Shown piece by piece: positions 38,192-53,254 of a DNA stretch of 64,000 nt. Location of the stretch: the NCBI GenBank assembly GCA_002269645.1, contig NIVC01003806.1, positions 1-64,000 of the forward strand, given 5' to 3'. The notes beneath the pieces were generated by a model that searched no databases, had not been told where the DNA came from, and worked only from the letters and a program-made list of their open reading frames with translations. Source of the stretch: Macrostomum lignano (Eukaryota). Every line of letters starts with the position of its first letter. Position 1 is the stretch's first letter. The position numbers and the translations under genes were made by a program.

Positions 38192-38424
38192 TTAACGAAA
38201 GTGCAGCAGCTTTTTGAAAGCCTTTCGGAATTCATTGTTGAAGATGGTGTAAATCAGCGGGTTGAGGGTGCTGTTCACGTAGCCCAGCCAGACTATGAAC
38301 ACTCCGATACGCCTGTCATAGTTGCACAGGGGCCCGCTAAACAGGTCCGAGTCAATGTTCTTCAGGCAGGCGGCCCACATCAGGTTGGAGATGAAGAATG
38401 GCAGCCAGCAGAGAAGGAAGACAC
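38192..38424 (-). CDS. D2-like dopamine receptor exon 5 (TM6-TM7, helix 8, stop)
   Basis: Acceptor CCTCAG|GT completes LG; [39 protein letters not shown]; short C-tail; TAA. Confidence 0.92.
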
Positions 38425-38451
38425 CTGAGGGAGGCAAATTCAATGGAGTGA

Positions 38452-39435
38452 ATACTTCACAGACTGGACACTTGGACACTTCACAGACTGGACACTTGGA
38501 CACTTCACAGACTTGACACTTGGACACTTCACAGACTGGACACTTGGACACTTCACAGACTTGACACTTGGACACTTCACAGACTGGACACTTGGACACT
38601 TCACAGACTGGACACTTGGACACTTCACAGACTGGACACTTGGACACTTCACAGACTGGACACTTGGACACTTCACAGACTGGACACTTGGACACTTCAC
38701 AGACTGGACACTTGGACACTTCACAGACTGGACACTTCACAGACTGGACACTTGGACACTTCACAGACTGGACACTTCACAGACTTGACACTTGGACACT
38801 TCACAGACTGGACACTTGGACACTTCACAGACTTGACACTTGGACACGTCACAGACTGGACACTTGGACACTTCACAGACTGGACACTTGGACACTTCAC
38901 AGACTTGACACTTGGACACTTCACAGACTGGACACTTGGACACTTCACAGACTGGACACTTGGACACTTCACAGACTGGACACTTGGACACTTCACAGAC
39001 TGGACACTTGGACACTTCACAGACTGGACACTTGGACACTTCACAGACTGGACACTTGGACACTTCACAGACTGGACACTTGGACACTTCACAGACTGGA
39101 CACTTGGACACTTCACAGACTTGACACTTGGACACGTCACAGACTGGACACTTGGACACTTCACAGACTGGACACTTGGACACTTCACAGACTTGACACT
39201 TGGACACTTCACAGACTGGACACTTGGACACTTCACAGACTGGACACTTGGACACTTCACAGACTGGACACTTGGACACTTCACAGACTGGACACTTCAC
39301 AGACTGGACACTTCACAGACTGGACACTTGGACACTTCACAGACTGGACACTTGGACACTTCACAGACTGGACACTTGGACACTTCACAGACTGGACACT
39401 TGGACACTTCACAGACTGGACACTTCACAGACTGG
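38452..39435. repeat. 24-bp minisatellite (GGACACTTGGACACTTCACAGACT) filling receptor intron 4
   Basis: Directly visible; the rare variant GGACACGTC occurs at 38842 and 39130. Confidence 0.97.
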
Positions 39436-39462
39436 CAGGTGCAGCAATCCAGAGAGCCTCAC

Positions 39463-40204
39463 CCAGCACGATGGCCAGAGTCTTCGTAGCTTTCTTCTCC
39501 CTCTTCGCCGCGGACCGCTCCGCCCGTCCCTTGCCCCGGTGGCGCCGCAAATTAAGCTGAAAAGCTTTTCTAGCCCAGCTGGAGTCCAGCTGCTGATTTT
39601 TCTGCTTTTTCTGCTTTTTCTGCTTCCCCGCCGCCGCCGTGGTGAGGCTCGGACGGTCGCGGTTGTTTAACCGGGTCTCGCAGATCTCGCTGTTTTCCTC
39701 GGACTGAAGGCCGCCAGCAGCAGCGAAGCTGTCATTCAGCGCCATCGAGCAGTTGCCAGCCTCGTCCTCGCAGTCGGCCTCGTCGTCTTCCGCCTCGTCG
39801 TCCCAGGCGCCGGCGTGGGCGCTGCAGGCGCTGTCGCCGCGTCGCCGCCCTCGCCGACTGTGCGACGAAAGCGACGAGGAGTTCTGGCGGCCGCAGCGGC
39901 TGCCGTGGCGACTCAGGCTGAGACTGAGGTTGTTCGGCCGCCTGGGACTGGCGTGCACAATGACCAGCGCCTGCCGAACCTCGTCTTCCGGTGCCACTTC
40001 CGGCGCCTCGGTCGTCGCCGCCTGCCCTGCTGCCCCTGCCGCTGTCCCAGCCGTGGCTGCATTATCGTTGCAAGCTGCTGCTGTGACTGTCGATGCCGCC
40101 TTGCAGTTGGTGTACACCTTGCCGCCGCCGCAGCCGCCGCCGCCCCCGGCACCGCTGCAGCCCTTCCTTGTCGATGCCGCCTTTTTGGCTCGACGCCAGA
40201 TGAC
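39463..40204 (-). CDS. D2-like receptor exon 4 (long ICL3 to start of TM6)
   Basis: Acceptor CTAAG|GTC (VIWRRAKK) through AKREKKATKTLAIVLG; donor G|GTGAGG, phase 1. Confidence 0.9.
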
Positions 40205-40387
40205 CTTAGAGATTAGTTGAATATTGCTCAAGGATTTCGTTTTGTATGACAATAGCATTGTAATAGTGAATTGATTTGATTCAATGATACGGGATTATAA
40301 AGCTGAATTAAATTAAAACAACATTGCCTCTCTAGCCCTGACAAGATCTGCTGGAAGAGTGATTGCAATCGATCGCCGGCGTCTTAC

Positions 40388-40655
40388 CTTGAAAATTCTG
40401 TAGTACAACACCAGCATCACTAGGCAGGGGATGTAGAAGCTGCCCAGGCTCGAATAAATGAGAAAGTCGCCGTGGAAGAAAGTGCACGTGTCCTTGAACT
40501 CCGGCCGGTTGCGGATGCCGTTCAGGTTCTGCAGTCCGCACCCGATCGGCAGGGCGATGGCCATCGACAGCAGCCAGGTGGCCGCGATGGTGACGTGAGT
40601 TCGCTTGGAGTTTTTGTGCTTCGAGTACTTGATGGGCTGCGTCACGGCTATGAAC
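40388..40655 (-). CDS. D2-like receptor exon 3 (ICL2, TM4, TM5)
   Basis: CCCAG|G completes DR; FIAVTQPIKYSKHKNSKR; FLIYSSLGSFYIP carries the catecholamine-binding serines; donor AAG|GTAAGA. Confidence 0.92.
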
Positions 40656-42289
40656 CTGGGCGTCAAGAGAGAGCGTCGAGAGATAGGGAGATAAAAGGTT
40701 TGTCTCAAACCAATGCAGAATCTGAACTCCCTGAACTCTGAAGTCCGTTCGCGCAAGAAACCTATTTAAGGTGGGCTCCAGGCACTTCGAAGATGACACC
40801 TATTCGTGCTTACCGGTGTTAGGCTTTCTGTTATCCGGGGTCTTAATTTATCCGGGGGACACCGCAAAGCAAAATTATTGTCGCTTTGCGATAACCTACC
40901 CTGGATAATCCAAGGCACAACAAAATCGGGCTTTGAAATATCCTGGGTCTTAAATTGTCCGGGGTGAATAAAGATTGGTGGTCAAGTTATTTACCTGATA
41001 AAGCGCATGTGAATGGGGCAGGACATCATTTCGAGAGAATAGGGCTGACCCAGAGGCCAGGGAAGGGCCCTGACTGCACCTTATACAGGGGAGGGGCAGA
41101 TGAGGTGCAGTCTAAGAATAAATCGATAATGGACTGGCGTCACATTGCTAGCACTACAAGCGTACGTGAAAAAGCTTTAATTTTACTTCTGTTTGGAGTG
41201 TGTGAAATGCAAAATAGTGATTGGAAATACACTCTGTTAAAAAAGCATGACGCAGATGTTTGCCAATTGAAAAAGTAGCAAAAAGTTTTTTCTTACTTTG
41301 CTATTCCTAACCCCGGATATCAGTAGCCGGATGTCCTAAAGCAAACCTCTGTCTCCGCAGACTGACCCCTCTCTTTCACCCTACAGTCGGATGTCCTAAG
41401 ACAACTTCCCCTTCTTGTGATACCCTTCTTGAGAAAACAAAGCAGGCTTTTTGCTTGGCAGTATCCGGGCGGATATCGTAAGTGCGTTCGGATATCCGGG
41501 CCAAACAAAAAAACCCGGAAAGTCTAGAGTGTAAAGTGAATTGCGGCAAAAGCGACATTCCATGTGGTGAACTCATGAGTGGACTCATCTAGTGCTTTTA
41601 GGATCTATGAGACTTACTTAGCCATTGTTTTCAAACTGAAATCCAACTGAGAAAGCATACGTTTAATATCATACCTGGAGACTGTGGGAAAACAGAAAAA
41701 TTAAAACATTTTCTGTTGCATACTATCCAACCTTTTCTTGGACTGTTGTCGATTATAGATGGTATAGAGAAATATTGGTTGCTAAGTGCGCAAAAAGACT
41801 TGTTTCCCAATATCGCCAAGTGTTGTATTTAGAAGCGTAATTTCCGAATTTTGACGTGCCTTATATTCTAACTACCAGTTGATAGAAGTCCTTGGGTTTG
41901 CACCTGCTTGCTGCTAGCAAGCCAAGCTAATTGAATAGCTACTGAAGACTTGCTTTTCATTGTCAATGCATGTCAACGCTTATTTGAAATACAATGCAAA
42001 GGCAGTCTTCAATAGCTTGACTCTCCCACTGAGGATTGAATTGCATGCTTCTATAGACTTAACCGGCTCAATTGTATCGTCACCCTCCTATACCTTCCTA
42101 ATTTCCGAGACAGTGAATAGAGAGAAACGAGAGCGTTTAGCAACATAAAATATCCGATGGAATGCATTGTGAGACACGGATCAACGAATGCAGGTCGCAC
42201 CTGCGTCGAGTCTACTATCGCCTGGTTTCTGCACCCTGCTCCGTGTGCAAGAAGATTGCTATTGAAGTGGGGAATGAGCGTATCTTCCT

Positions 42290-42830
42290 TGCTGAGATGT
42301 CAAGAGATGTACTGGGGAACTGCTGAGATGTCAAGGCTTACTGGGGGAATTGCTGAGATGTCGAGGCTTACTGGGGGAACTGTTGAGATATCGAGGCTTA
42401 CTGGGGGAATTGCTGAGATGTCGAGGCTTACTGGGGGAATTGCTGAGATGTCGAGGCTTACTGGGGAGAATTGCTGAGATGTCAAGGCTTACTGGGGGAA
42501 TTGCTGAGATGTCAAGGCTTACTGGGGGAATTGCTGAGATATCGAGGCTTACGGGGGGAACTGCTGAGATGTCGAGGCTTACTGTGGGAACTGCTGAGAT
42601 ATCGAGGCTTACTGGGGGAATTGCTGAGATGTCGAGGCTTACTGGGGGAACTGTTGAGATATCGAGGCTTACTGGGGGAATTGCTGAGATGTCGAGGCTT
42701 ACTGGGGGAACTGTTGAGATATCGAGGCTTACTGGGGGAACTGCTGAGATGTCGAGGCTTACTGGGGGAACTGTTGAGATATCGAGGCTTACGGGGGGAA
42801 CTGCTGAGATGTCAAGGCTTACTGGGGAGA
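42290..42830. repeat. 30-bp minisatellite (TGCTGAGATGTCGAGGCTTACTGGGGGAAT), family Y site 2
   Basis: Its reverse complement matches the 27925 unit. Confidence 0.93.
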
Positions 42831-43039
42831 ATTGCTTAGGAAAATTTATTCCATTCCTTGTTGCCTCACCAACGAGGGCACCGACTGCTAATAAAAATTT
42901 CTAAAATTTCCGGCCACATAATGCGGTTAGAAAGTGGATTTGTACCATGACCTTTGTGCCCGCTGGGCACTTATTCTTGCCTTTTAATGCCATAGACTAC
43001 ATTAAGCCCGCTTGCAGGAAAGAAATATCGAAATTAGCG

Positions 43040-43490
43040 GGCAGTTATGTATCAGACTAAACATGCCTTTTGAGGGAGTTATTTGTATAAATCACGAGGG
43101 CCTGAGGCCCGAGGGATTTATGAAAATAACTCCCGAAAAAGGCATGTGTAATCTCGTATAAACCATAGACATTAAGACTTTGCGGGATATTATTGAATAT
43201 TACCAAATAAAATCCCGGAGAACGCAAATATTGTCACGGAAAGTCTTTATTTCTATGGATTATTGAATATTACCAAATAAAATGCTGGAGAACGCAAATA
43301 TTGTCACGGAAAATCTTTATATCTATGGATTATCGCCCGAATATTCTGTTCCATATTGTCAAGAACACAAATGTCTGTGGCACAATAATAGTAATACCCA
43401 TGCTTTAAGGGCGTTAATGAGAAATTCTCGGGCGCCTAACGACGCCCTCTGATTTTCCCATTAACGCCCTTAAAGCGTGGGTATTAATGT
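43040..43490. mobile_element. AT-rich insert with a long hairpin at each end and an internal ~70-bp direct repeat; putative non-autonomous DNA element
   Basis: Inverted repeats at 43061-43147 and 43392-43486; TATTATTGAATATTACCAAATAAAAT..GAGAACGCAAATATTGTCACGGAAA occurs twice. Confidence 0.5.
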
Positions 43491-44495
43491 ACTAATCTCA
43501 GTTTGCTATTTTGCGCGCAAATAAAGCCATAAGACACATTATAGGGCACGAGTGTATAAGGCTTGGCCATAGACAATGCTTTTAAAAGCGCCTCATACTT
43601 TTCCACATTTTTCCCGTCCTGAATGATTAAGAAGTCCTTGTCCCTGACTTAAGAAACCTATTTAACAATGTACAATCTTTTCTGTCAGGCGCGTTTAAGT
43701 TTCGATTCCGGAAAGCTGCCCAGCAACAACACGCTTTGTCCGCTACAGGCTAACGTTCGGAGCCGATGAACTCGGCGATACAGGGTAACCGGGGTCACAC
43801 GACTGGTTCTTTTACATGACAACAAAGGGAACAATGACTGCATACATGTAGTTGCCAAAGGTTATAGTTTTTTGCTGTCTGTTGTACAAGGACAACAATT
43901 AACAAAGTATGCAGGGTTCCATGGGAATTGCCCGCAGACGAATTGCTCGCAATGCTTTTTAGCCACGCATTAGCAGCCCCCCAATGCTTAGGAAGTCTTA
44001 ATAAATATATTTATGTGGACAAAGCGACATGGCATATGTATGAATTAATAATTCGCAGATGTAACTCTCATACAACTGATCATCTCGGCACTGATACTGC
44101 AGGAAAATCTCGGAAAAAGTTTGGCGGGCAAATCTCGGCGTGAAACTTCTCAGTAGCAATTTGAGTCATCCGACCCGCTTGAGGCTTGTGTCTCTTCTCA
44201 GCTATCTTTTCTATTTTTTCTCCTCTCTCCCCTCCCTTCTCCTCTATCCTCTCTTTTCTCTCTTCTCTTTTTTCTCCTCTATTCCCTCTTTTCCCTCATC
44301 TCATCTCTCAGGTTTTCGCAGTCTAGGCGCTAGATTTCATATCTGGCCCTTAAATTAAAAAAGTTTACCGACCCTTGCTTTGCAACCGAAGCTCCTAGAG
44401 CAGGCTTAGTCTAAAGCAGTCATCTGTGTGTGCAGTTCGAGGCACACTGCAGGTCATAGGCTGTTATGTGAAGTGGTTGCTCATGCACTACTCAC

Positions 44496-44608
44496 CTGTC
44501 GATGCTGATGGCCACCAAATTGAGTATCGAGGCGGTTGAGAACAGAGCATCGCACATGATCCACAGGTCGCACAGAATGTTTGCGAATAACCAAACACCG
44601 TTCATTAC
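44496..44608 (-). CDS. D2-like receptor exon 2 (ECL1, TM3)
   Basis: CCCAG|GTA gives VMNGVWLFANILCDLWIMCDALFSTASILNLVAISIDR (D3.32 present); donor AG|GTGAGT. Missed by the ORF track. Confidence 0.93.
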
Positions 44609-45635
44609 CTGGGATGTTTATTGAGAGGGATTGGCAGATCTTGCAGGCTTTATTTAAAATCGCATCTAAAAATAGGCGACTTGAGCTGATTCTGCGCTTC
44701 AGATATTTACACTTAGCTAGTTGCATAATAACAAAGGTTGAGGGATGGCCCAAAGCCGCTTTGCTTTGAACTGTCTCTAACCGACCGCGAAAGGCAATTT
44801 CCAGATCGGGGAAGGGCGCAGGTCGCAGGCGGTCAGGCTGGGAAGTTTGTTCCACTCTGCTTCCACTAAGCAGCTCTGCACTCCCCAGTCTACTCGCCAC
44901 TGAGAGCTCTTCCTTCTTCCCTAAAACTCCCGCAGAAAGAGAGGAGAGCGGAGCGAACCGCCAAGTTGCTCGCTCGAGTTGCCAGTCAAGAGAATAGGGA
45001 AGGAGAGGAGAGGGAGGCGAGGCACGGCTGGCTGCAGTTCTTCCGTCGACAGGACCACTTCGGGTCTTATTGCCCCCTTGCTAAGGTACTACTATGGCAT
45101 GCTCAGACCGGTACTCAGCTCTCAACCTTTTCCCCGTCGCATGCTTTCGAGTAGCGCCGATTTTCGATGACTGCGCCGCTTTTGGTCGTCAAAACCGCCC
45201 CCCGCTGGGCCTGTGTTTGTTTGTACAGAGTCAGAGAGAGGAGAGCGGGGTAAGGCTGGTGGCGCTCTGTTAAGTGGCCATTCGGCAACTCGCAAAGTTC
45301 GCCGGCTGAACAGAAAAGAATTTCCTATCGCGAGCTCGAAACTGCGGCAGTCCTGAGAGGCCCTGCCGAAGATCCGCCTTTCCGCATTCCTTACGCCCCG
45401 CTGATCCTCTGAAGCAGAGACCGCGGAGGCCGCAGCGCAGGATGGCAGTGAGAGGCTCGAGGGCCGCGCCGCACCGCCTTGCCCGCGGCCCCTCGAGACA
45501 CACCGCCACGAATGGCACGCTTGGAAGGCTCTCGGCATTCAGCCCGCGCTCGCGGGTGGTGCGGCCCTGAGATTCTTTGCGCACAAGGCCTGTGTGGGTG
45601 CTTGCGAACTGACTGGCAGGCAGAATGCTGCTATC

Positions 45636-45997
<362 letters not shown>

Positions 45998-46839
45998 TGC
46001 AATTGTTATTGTTAAAAGTATCTTTAGTCGTACTTCAGTAGCCCATGTTTGTTTACCAAAGTAATTAATGGTACTTCCTCTGCACCCCGGCAGCCCCACC
46101 GGCTTGGTTCCCTGTGCACATGATGATGTTGCAGCACTTCAGTCCTCCTTAGCTGCCTCCCATTCCGGATGTTGAACAAGAACCCAACCCGCGGTCAGGG
46201 AATTGCGCCTGTCTCGGGCAAAGCGGCTCTCTCGATTCAGTCAGTATCTTGGATTTCAGGTCCCGTCACCGGGTTTCGAATAGCCGCAGATGCTCGCCTT
46301 GCGGTGGAGGGTTACTATTAATAACAAGTGCGGACCCGGGGCCTCAACGCATTGTGGCAAATAATCTTTTATCTCCCCTTCGCCTCCGGGTCTTCCCTGT
46401 GTGCAGCCGCCAGCGCGGGAACCGCATCATCCATGGGCCAGTTCACCTTTGCGGCGCCCCCTGCAGCCGAATCCCAGGAAGTCAGCTTAGAAAAGGTTAA
46501 CTAGACTGGTGCAGCGCGGGGGACGTACAGATGGGGGAGAGACAAACACTTGTTGGGGGGAGGGGAGTGCAAGAGTTACAGGGGAGAATTATATGCGCAG
46601 AAATGGCGTTTGCTTTCATAGCTGCACTAAATGTCACTTTCGGAGGACTTGAAATCGGTTGTTGCTAATTGGAGTACGGAATGATTGGTGCATATTGGCA
46701 AAGTCTGTGCGTTTTAGTGCGGGTCATTTACAGTGTCTGCCTTAATGTCTGCCTGTCTTATTGTGAACTGCTGTCTGTTTTTGTGAGTGTCCCTGCGGCT
46801 TTGTGTCTGTCTGCCTATCTTAGTGTCCGCCTTGTGTTT

Positions 46840-47060
46840 GTCATAGTGTCCGCCTTAGTGTCTATCTTAATGTTCGCCTTAGTGTTAGTCTTAGTTTCAG
46901 TCTTAGTGTCCGCCTTAGTGTCTGCCTTAGTGTCTATCTTAATGTCCGCCTTAGTGTTAGTCTTAGTTTCCGCCTTAGTGTCTGCCTTAGTGTCTGCCTT
47001 AGTTTTTGCCTTAGTGTCTGCCTTAGTGCCTGTCCTAGTGTCTGTCCTAGTGTCTGTCTT
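46840..47060. repeat. 12-bp degenerate repeat (TAGTGTCTGCCT)
   Basis: Directly visible. Confidence 0.85.
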
Positions 47061-48442
47061 AGTCTTTGGCAGTGTGTATGTCTCAGTGCCTGTATCAGTG
47101 CCTGTCTCAGTCTGTCTCCACTGTGTCAGGTTCCATTGCTCAACTCTGCTTCATTCTCAACTTGCGACTCTCCCCAGTCCCCTCTCCCTCTCCTGGCCTC
47201 ATGCTCTCCTTCCAGGCGACAGGAAGTTGGCGGGCCAAATAAAAAATGCTAATGGACTTCCTTAACCTGCTTGCCCCCGCCAGACTTGGGCCGCCAAGAT
47301 TCCAGGCCGGCCGATCTCCACAGCCGCTACTCAAATCCTCCGATTCTTGGAGGAGACGCCCTGCTGCTCAGTTGGCCCAGACTCACCAAAGGCAGATATG
47401 CATCTATTAGCCAAAAGCTGGAGGGGCTCCGACCCGGCATCGGATTGAAATCATTCCCGGGAATCACTGCTGCAGTCTGAGCACAAGCTCATACCGCTCG
47501 CATATCTCCCTAGTTGCTGGGGCCCAGATCCTAAACAGAGGCTGGCTGGATAAGTTTGCCTGACCCACAACCCCATTTTGCTGACTGCCTTGATACCCTA
47601 GAGTCCTGCGATCCATCCGATTTTGAATATGCTTAAAACTGTTTTGCAACGCAATGTCTTTTTATCTTGCCGTTTATCCAAACATCATTGCCGCCACCCT
47701 GCCCTGTGTATTTTTATCTGCTTCTGGCTTAGTGAGATCTATAGTTTTACTCGAGGTTATCTGTCTGTGTCTGCCACTGCAGTACAACCCATGGCCAAAG
47801 CCAATAGAAATTCCAGATTAACTGGAGCTTCTGAAAACTCAGGACTCAGGATTTCTACTCTGGCAACTTGACTGAACTGTCTCCGCCTTGATTAAAACGT
47901 TAATAAAGATACTTATCGTCCTCATAGGAATTACAGTCTATCCCGACTCATTAATCCCGTATCTTCCCAAATCCTTATAATTAAAAATTTTATAAACTAT
48001 TCTCAACTCCCCAGAGACTCTTCTTGAGTTGCCTGGGAGTCTGGGGGGGGGGGCTCAGATGCTGGGAGGATTGAATGGCCATTCAGGCGCTGGCCCAGCC
48101 CGGATGCGCGAGGTTGAAGGCGGCCAGCCGGGTGGCGACAGGGGGAGGCTGCAGTTGGGAGGGGGCGCCAGATCCGGCTGAGACAGCGGAGGAGGCCGCA
48201 GTGTGAGTTGGGCTTTGTGCTTCAGGCCCTACAGATGGCGACCACTGATTGTTGTTGGATGAGTTATGACTATGAGGACTCCGGACCGACCCAGATGCCT
48301 CGAGTTAAGAGTTTGCTTGCGTTCTGATTTCCTGTTTTATTTTATCAAAATGAATTTAATAATCATAAAAATAAAGTTTTGGTGACCCAGTCGAACTTTT
48401 GAGATGCGAGCGTAGAGTGCAATCAGTTCAGGCTGCTCAGGT

Positions 48443-50118
<1,676 letters not shown>

Positions 50119-50889
50119 GATCGCTAAGAATGAATAGCATACGGTAGATACAGATAGACAGCCACTTATGGGTGACTCAATGCTGCCTTCAGCCAGTCTG
50201 CCTCACCCATGAGAACAGTGTGACTCGGGAATTCGAGAACAGAAGACTGCAATGGCGGAGTTGATAAATTCATTAAACTGATCAACTGATGCGGCACTGC
50301 AGAATCCTTAGTGCTCTTCTATGCGCTAATTTAGCCAGCTGGCCCGCAGGCAGTTCAGTCTCCAGGGACTCGGGACCAATTTTTGTCTTGCGTCTCAAGT
50401 TTCCCGATCAGCAGAATTTTCGAAACAAAAATGCATATCGGTGTCGGCTTTTTGTCTGGCGAGCGAGTGCCGCCGGGCTGATTAAACTGTTGCGCGGCGG
50501 CACCGGGCCAGCTTGTCTGGTCCAAAAATACGCAAAGAACTTTTCACGGCTTGGGCCTGGTACTGCTGTCTTTGGAATGGAGTTTACTCGTGAAAAAGTG
50601 GATCGAATTGGCGCCGTGCTTTGCACCAACGCGCAGTTCTCTCTGATGTTTATTCCGGCACGGCGGAACGCGGGTAGCTCGTAATTCACTCTGCATGGGA
50701 CTGCCGTGATCGAGTGCGCGATGGGGTTCCGCGTTCAGCCTCCTGCGTCAATAGTGTCCGTGATTGACAAGGACATTTGGCTAGGGGCCAGAAAGAGTTG
50801 CTGACCAACTAGCGTGGTGACCGTAGAGCTTCGTCTTCCAATGCTTCAGAAGTCTAAGAAGATTGCAAACTTCAAGACAGCGAAGGGTG

Positions 50890-51545
50890 TAGTTTCAGAG
50901 AGTCACCAGAAGACAGGTGAAGGATGTAGTTTCAGAGAGTCACCAGAAGACAGATGAAGGATGCAGTTTCAGAGAGTCACCAGAAGACAGGTGAAGGATG
51001 CAGTTTCAGAGAGTCACCAGAAGACAGGTGATGTGATTACAGAGGGTCACCAGAAGACAGGTGATGTGGTTACAGAGGGTCACCAGAATGCAGGTGATGT
51101 GGTTACAGAGGGTCACCAGAAGACAGGTGATGTGGTTACAGAGGGTCACCAGAATGCAGGTGATGTGGTTACAGAGGGTCACCAGAAGACAGGTGATGTG
51201 GTTACAGAGGGTCACCAGAAGACAGGTGATGTGGTTACAGAGGGTCACCAGAAGACAGGTGATGTGGTTACAGAGGGTCACCAGAAGACAGGTGATGTGG
51301 TTACAGAGGGTCACCAGAAGACAGGTGATGTGGTTACAGAGGGTCACCAGAATGCAGGTGATGTGGTTACAGAGGGTCACCAGAAGACAGGTGATGTGGT
51401 TACAGAGGGTCACCAGAAGACAGGTGATGTGGTTACAGAGGGTCACCAGAATGCAGGTGATGTGGTTACAGAGGGTCACCAGAAGACAGGTGATGTATTG
51501 TAGTTACATAGATCTACCACAAGACAGTTGATGTGTCTACAGAGA
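50890..51545. repeat. 33-bp minisatellite (GGTGATGTGGTTACAGAGGGTCACCAGAAGACA), family Z site 1
   Basis: Directly visible; related array at 55705. Confidence 0.95.
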
Positions 51546-51827
51546 TCCATCGAAAGGGGCGAAAAAGCCCATGCAAACTAATATTAAAAAATCAGACTGC
51601 GAATCCAGCTGGGTCTCGATGCTGTTGCTGCGTCTCTGCCATCCTCTCAGGAAGTCGAATTCGTATAGCATTTGAACAATTAGTGAAGCAGTCGCCTCAG
51701 ACAATATGAGATTCCCAACTGTCTACGAGATTGCGGTGTCAACTTTCTAATAGAAGCAAAAGCGACTCTACTTGTTTTCTTACGAGCGTACTCTCTTGCC
51801 AAATTGTGCAGCACCCTCGACGCTCAC

Positions 51828-52229
51828 CTCAACGAAAACAGAGATGGGCATGACGATGGCGCCAACTAGGATATCGGCAAATGCCAGCGACACAATGAAA
51901 TAGTTGGTGACGGACTGCAGGCTGCGCTCGCGGACTACCGACATCACCACCAGCACGTTGCCGAAGATGGTGAAGCAGGGGAATAGCAGCAGGCAGAGGA
52001 CCCAGTAGCGCCGCTCGACATCGGCAAACGACAGGCCCTCGGCGTCAGACGAGGAGTTGGTCGCGCTGTCGTCTGCGAGGAGGAGACGCCGGATCGCATC
52101 GGCTGTGGCGTTGACGTTCGTCAAGGAGGCGTTGCTGACGGCGCTGGTGTTGCCGACGGTCGACGTGATGTTGGGCACGGGCGCTGAGGCCAGAGCTCCC
52201 AGCAGGCTGGCTCGGTCCAGCTCCGTCAT
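51828..52229 (-). CDS. D2-like dopamine receptor exon 1 (N-terminus, TM1-TM2)
   Basis: N-glycosylation sequons; YWVLCLLLFPCFTIFGNVLV; ERSLQSVTNYFIVSLAFADILV; donor GAG|GTGAGC, phase 0. The five exons sum to 1758 nt in frame. Confidence 0.92.
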
Positions 52230-52667
52230 GCTGTTCAGGGGAGTCGAGATGTGCTCAGGAGAGCGGGAGGGTTCGCGTGCCGGCTGCCGTCAGGGCGGCT
52301 GCGCTGTCATCGGGGTGCCGCGGTGCCGAGCATCGGAGGCGAAGCTGAGGTGCTGCTGGTGGCTGCGAATGAATAGGTTTTGGGTTGCGTTATCTACGGC
52401 AATATTCTGTTCAAACACTTCGAGAGCCTCTGAAATCCCTCCAACTTTCAAATTCTAACAAATCCTGCCAAAACTCTATAGAAAATCCCGACTGAACACT
52501 CCGAAACCCTATTCAAACTTTCCTAAACCCCAGCTAAAACCATCTAAACCAGCCCGAAACCCACGGAAACACCGTCCTCATCCTACAGAAACTACCAACA
52601 ACTTTTCCACAACCAAATTAAATGTCTTGAAGCATTTAAACAATACTCAAGGCTTTCTTGCTGGAAC

Positions 52668-52974
52668 GGGGGTTGTTGCTTAGTGATCAGAGAGTCGGAC
52701 TCACGACTGAAAAGTCGGGGGTTCGATTCCCGATCCCACTGGGAACAATTTGTGTCCTTGAGCAAGACACTTAACTCTGCATTGCTTCAGTTCACCCAGC
52801 TGTAAAATGGTGCCAGCATTAGCTGGGGTAATTGAGGGTGTGTTGCGACCCCCCAGTCCTTGGACTGAACAGCCGTACGCAGCCTTCAGATGCGCCGCGC
52901 AATAGCTGCGGCTGAGCTGTCGATTGCAAATCTGCTCGTTAGGGCAGGTGTAAGCAATTATTATTATTGTTATT
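52668..52974 (+). mobile_element. tRNA-derived CORE-like SINE family B, copy 2
   Basis: About ten differences from copy 1 over the 3' ~220 bp (counted by eye); (TTA)n tail. Confidence 0.88.
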
Positions 52975-53254
52975 TCTGGAAGTTATACGGTTTCAAGCAA
53001 AGCTTAACAAAGCGAAGAAGAGATCGGCATCATTCTGTCCTGGAATCAATCTAATGAACTATTTTGAAATCAGATAGAATGAAGAGTTTTCCTTCTTTCC
53101 AGAGAAGACCACTTGAATGTACTGCGCGTTTACGGTGCGGATTAACTGGCTGAGTTGGCCAGTAAGTGGAGCTGTTTAAGTCGGCTCTTGGATCGATATT
53201 TTATGAGTCAGTCTTTTGTCCTCATTAATGTGATTACCCTGCGGCAGTACATTC

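Noticed and set aside
40820-41520. Clusters of TTATCCGGGG and CGGATATCCG short palindromes suggesting a MITE
   Set aside because: No clean terminal inverted repeat or TSD could be defined by eye.
46080-47900. GC-richer stretches in receptor intron 1 that might be LINE/LTR remnants
   Set aside because: All frames I translated are short and interrupted, with no RT, endonuclease or integrase motif.
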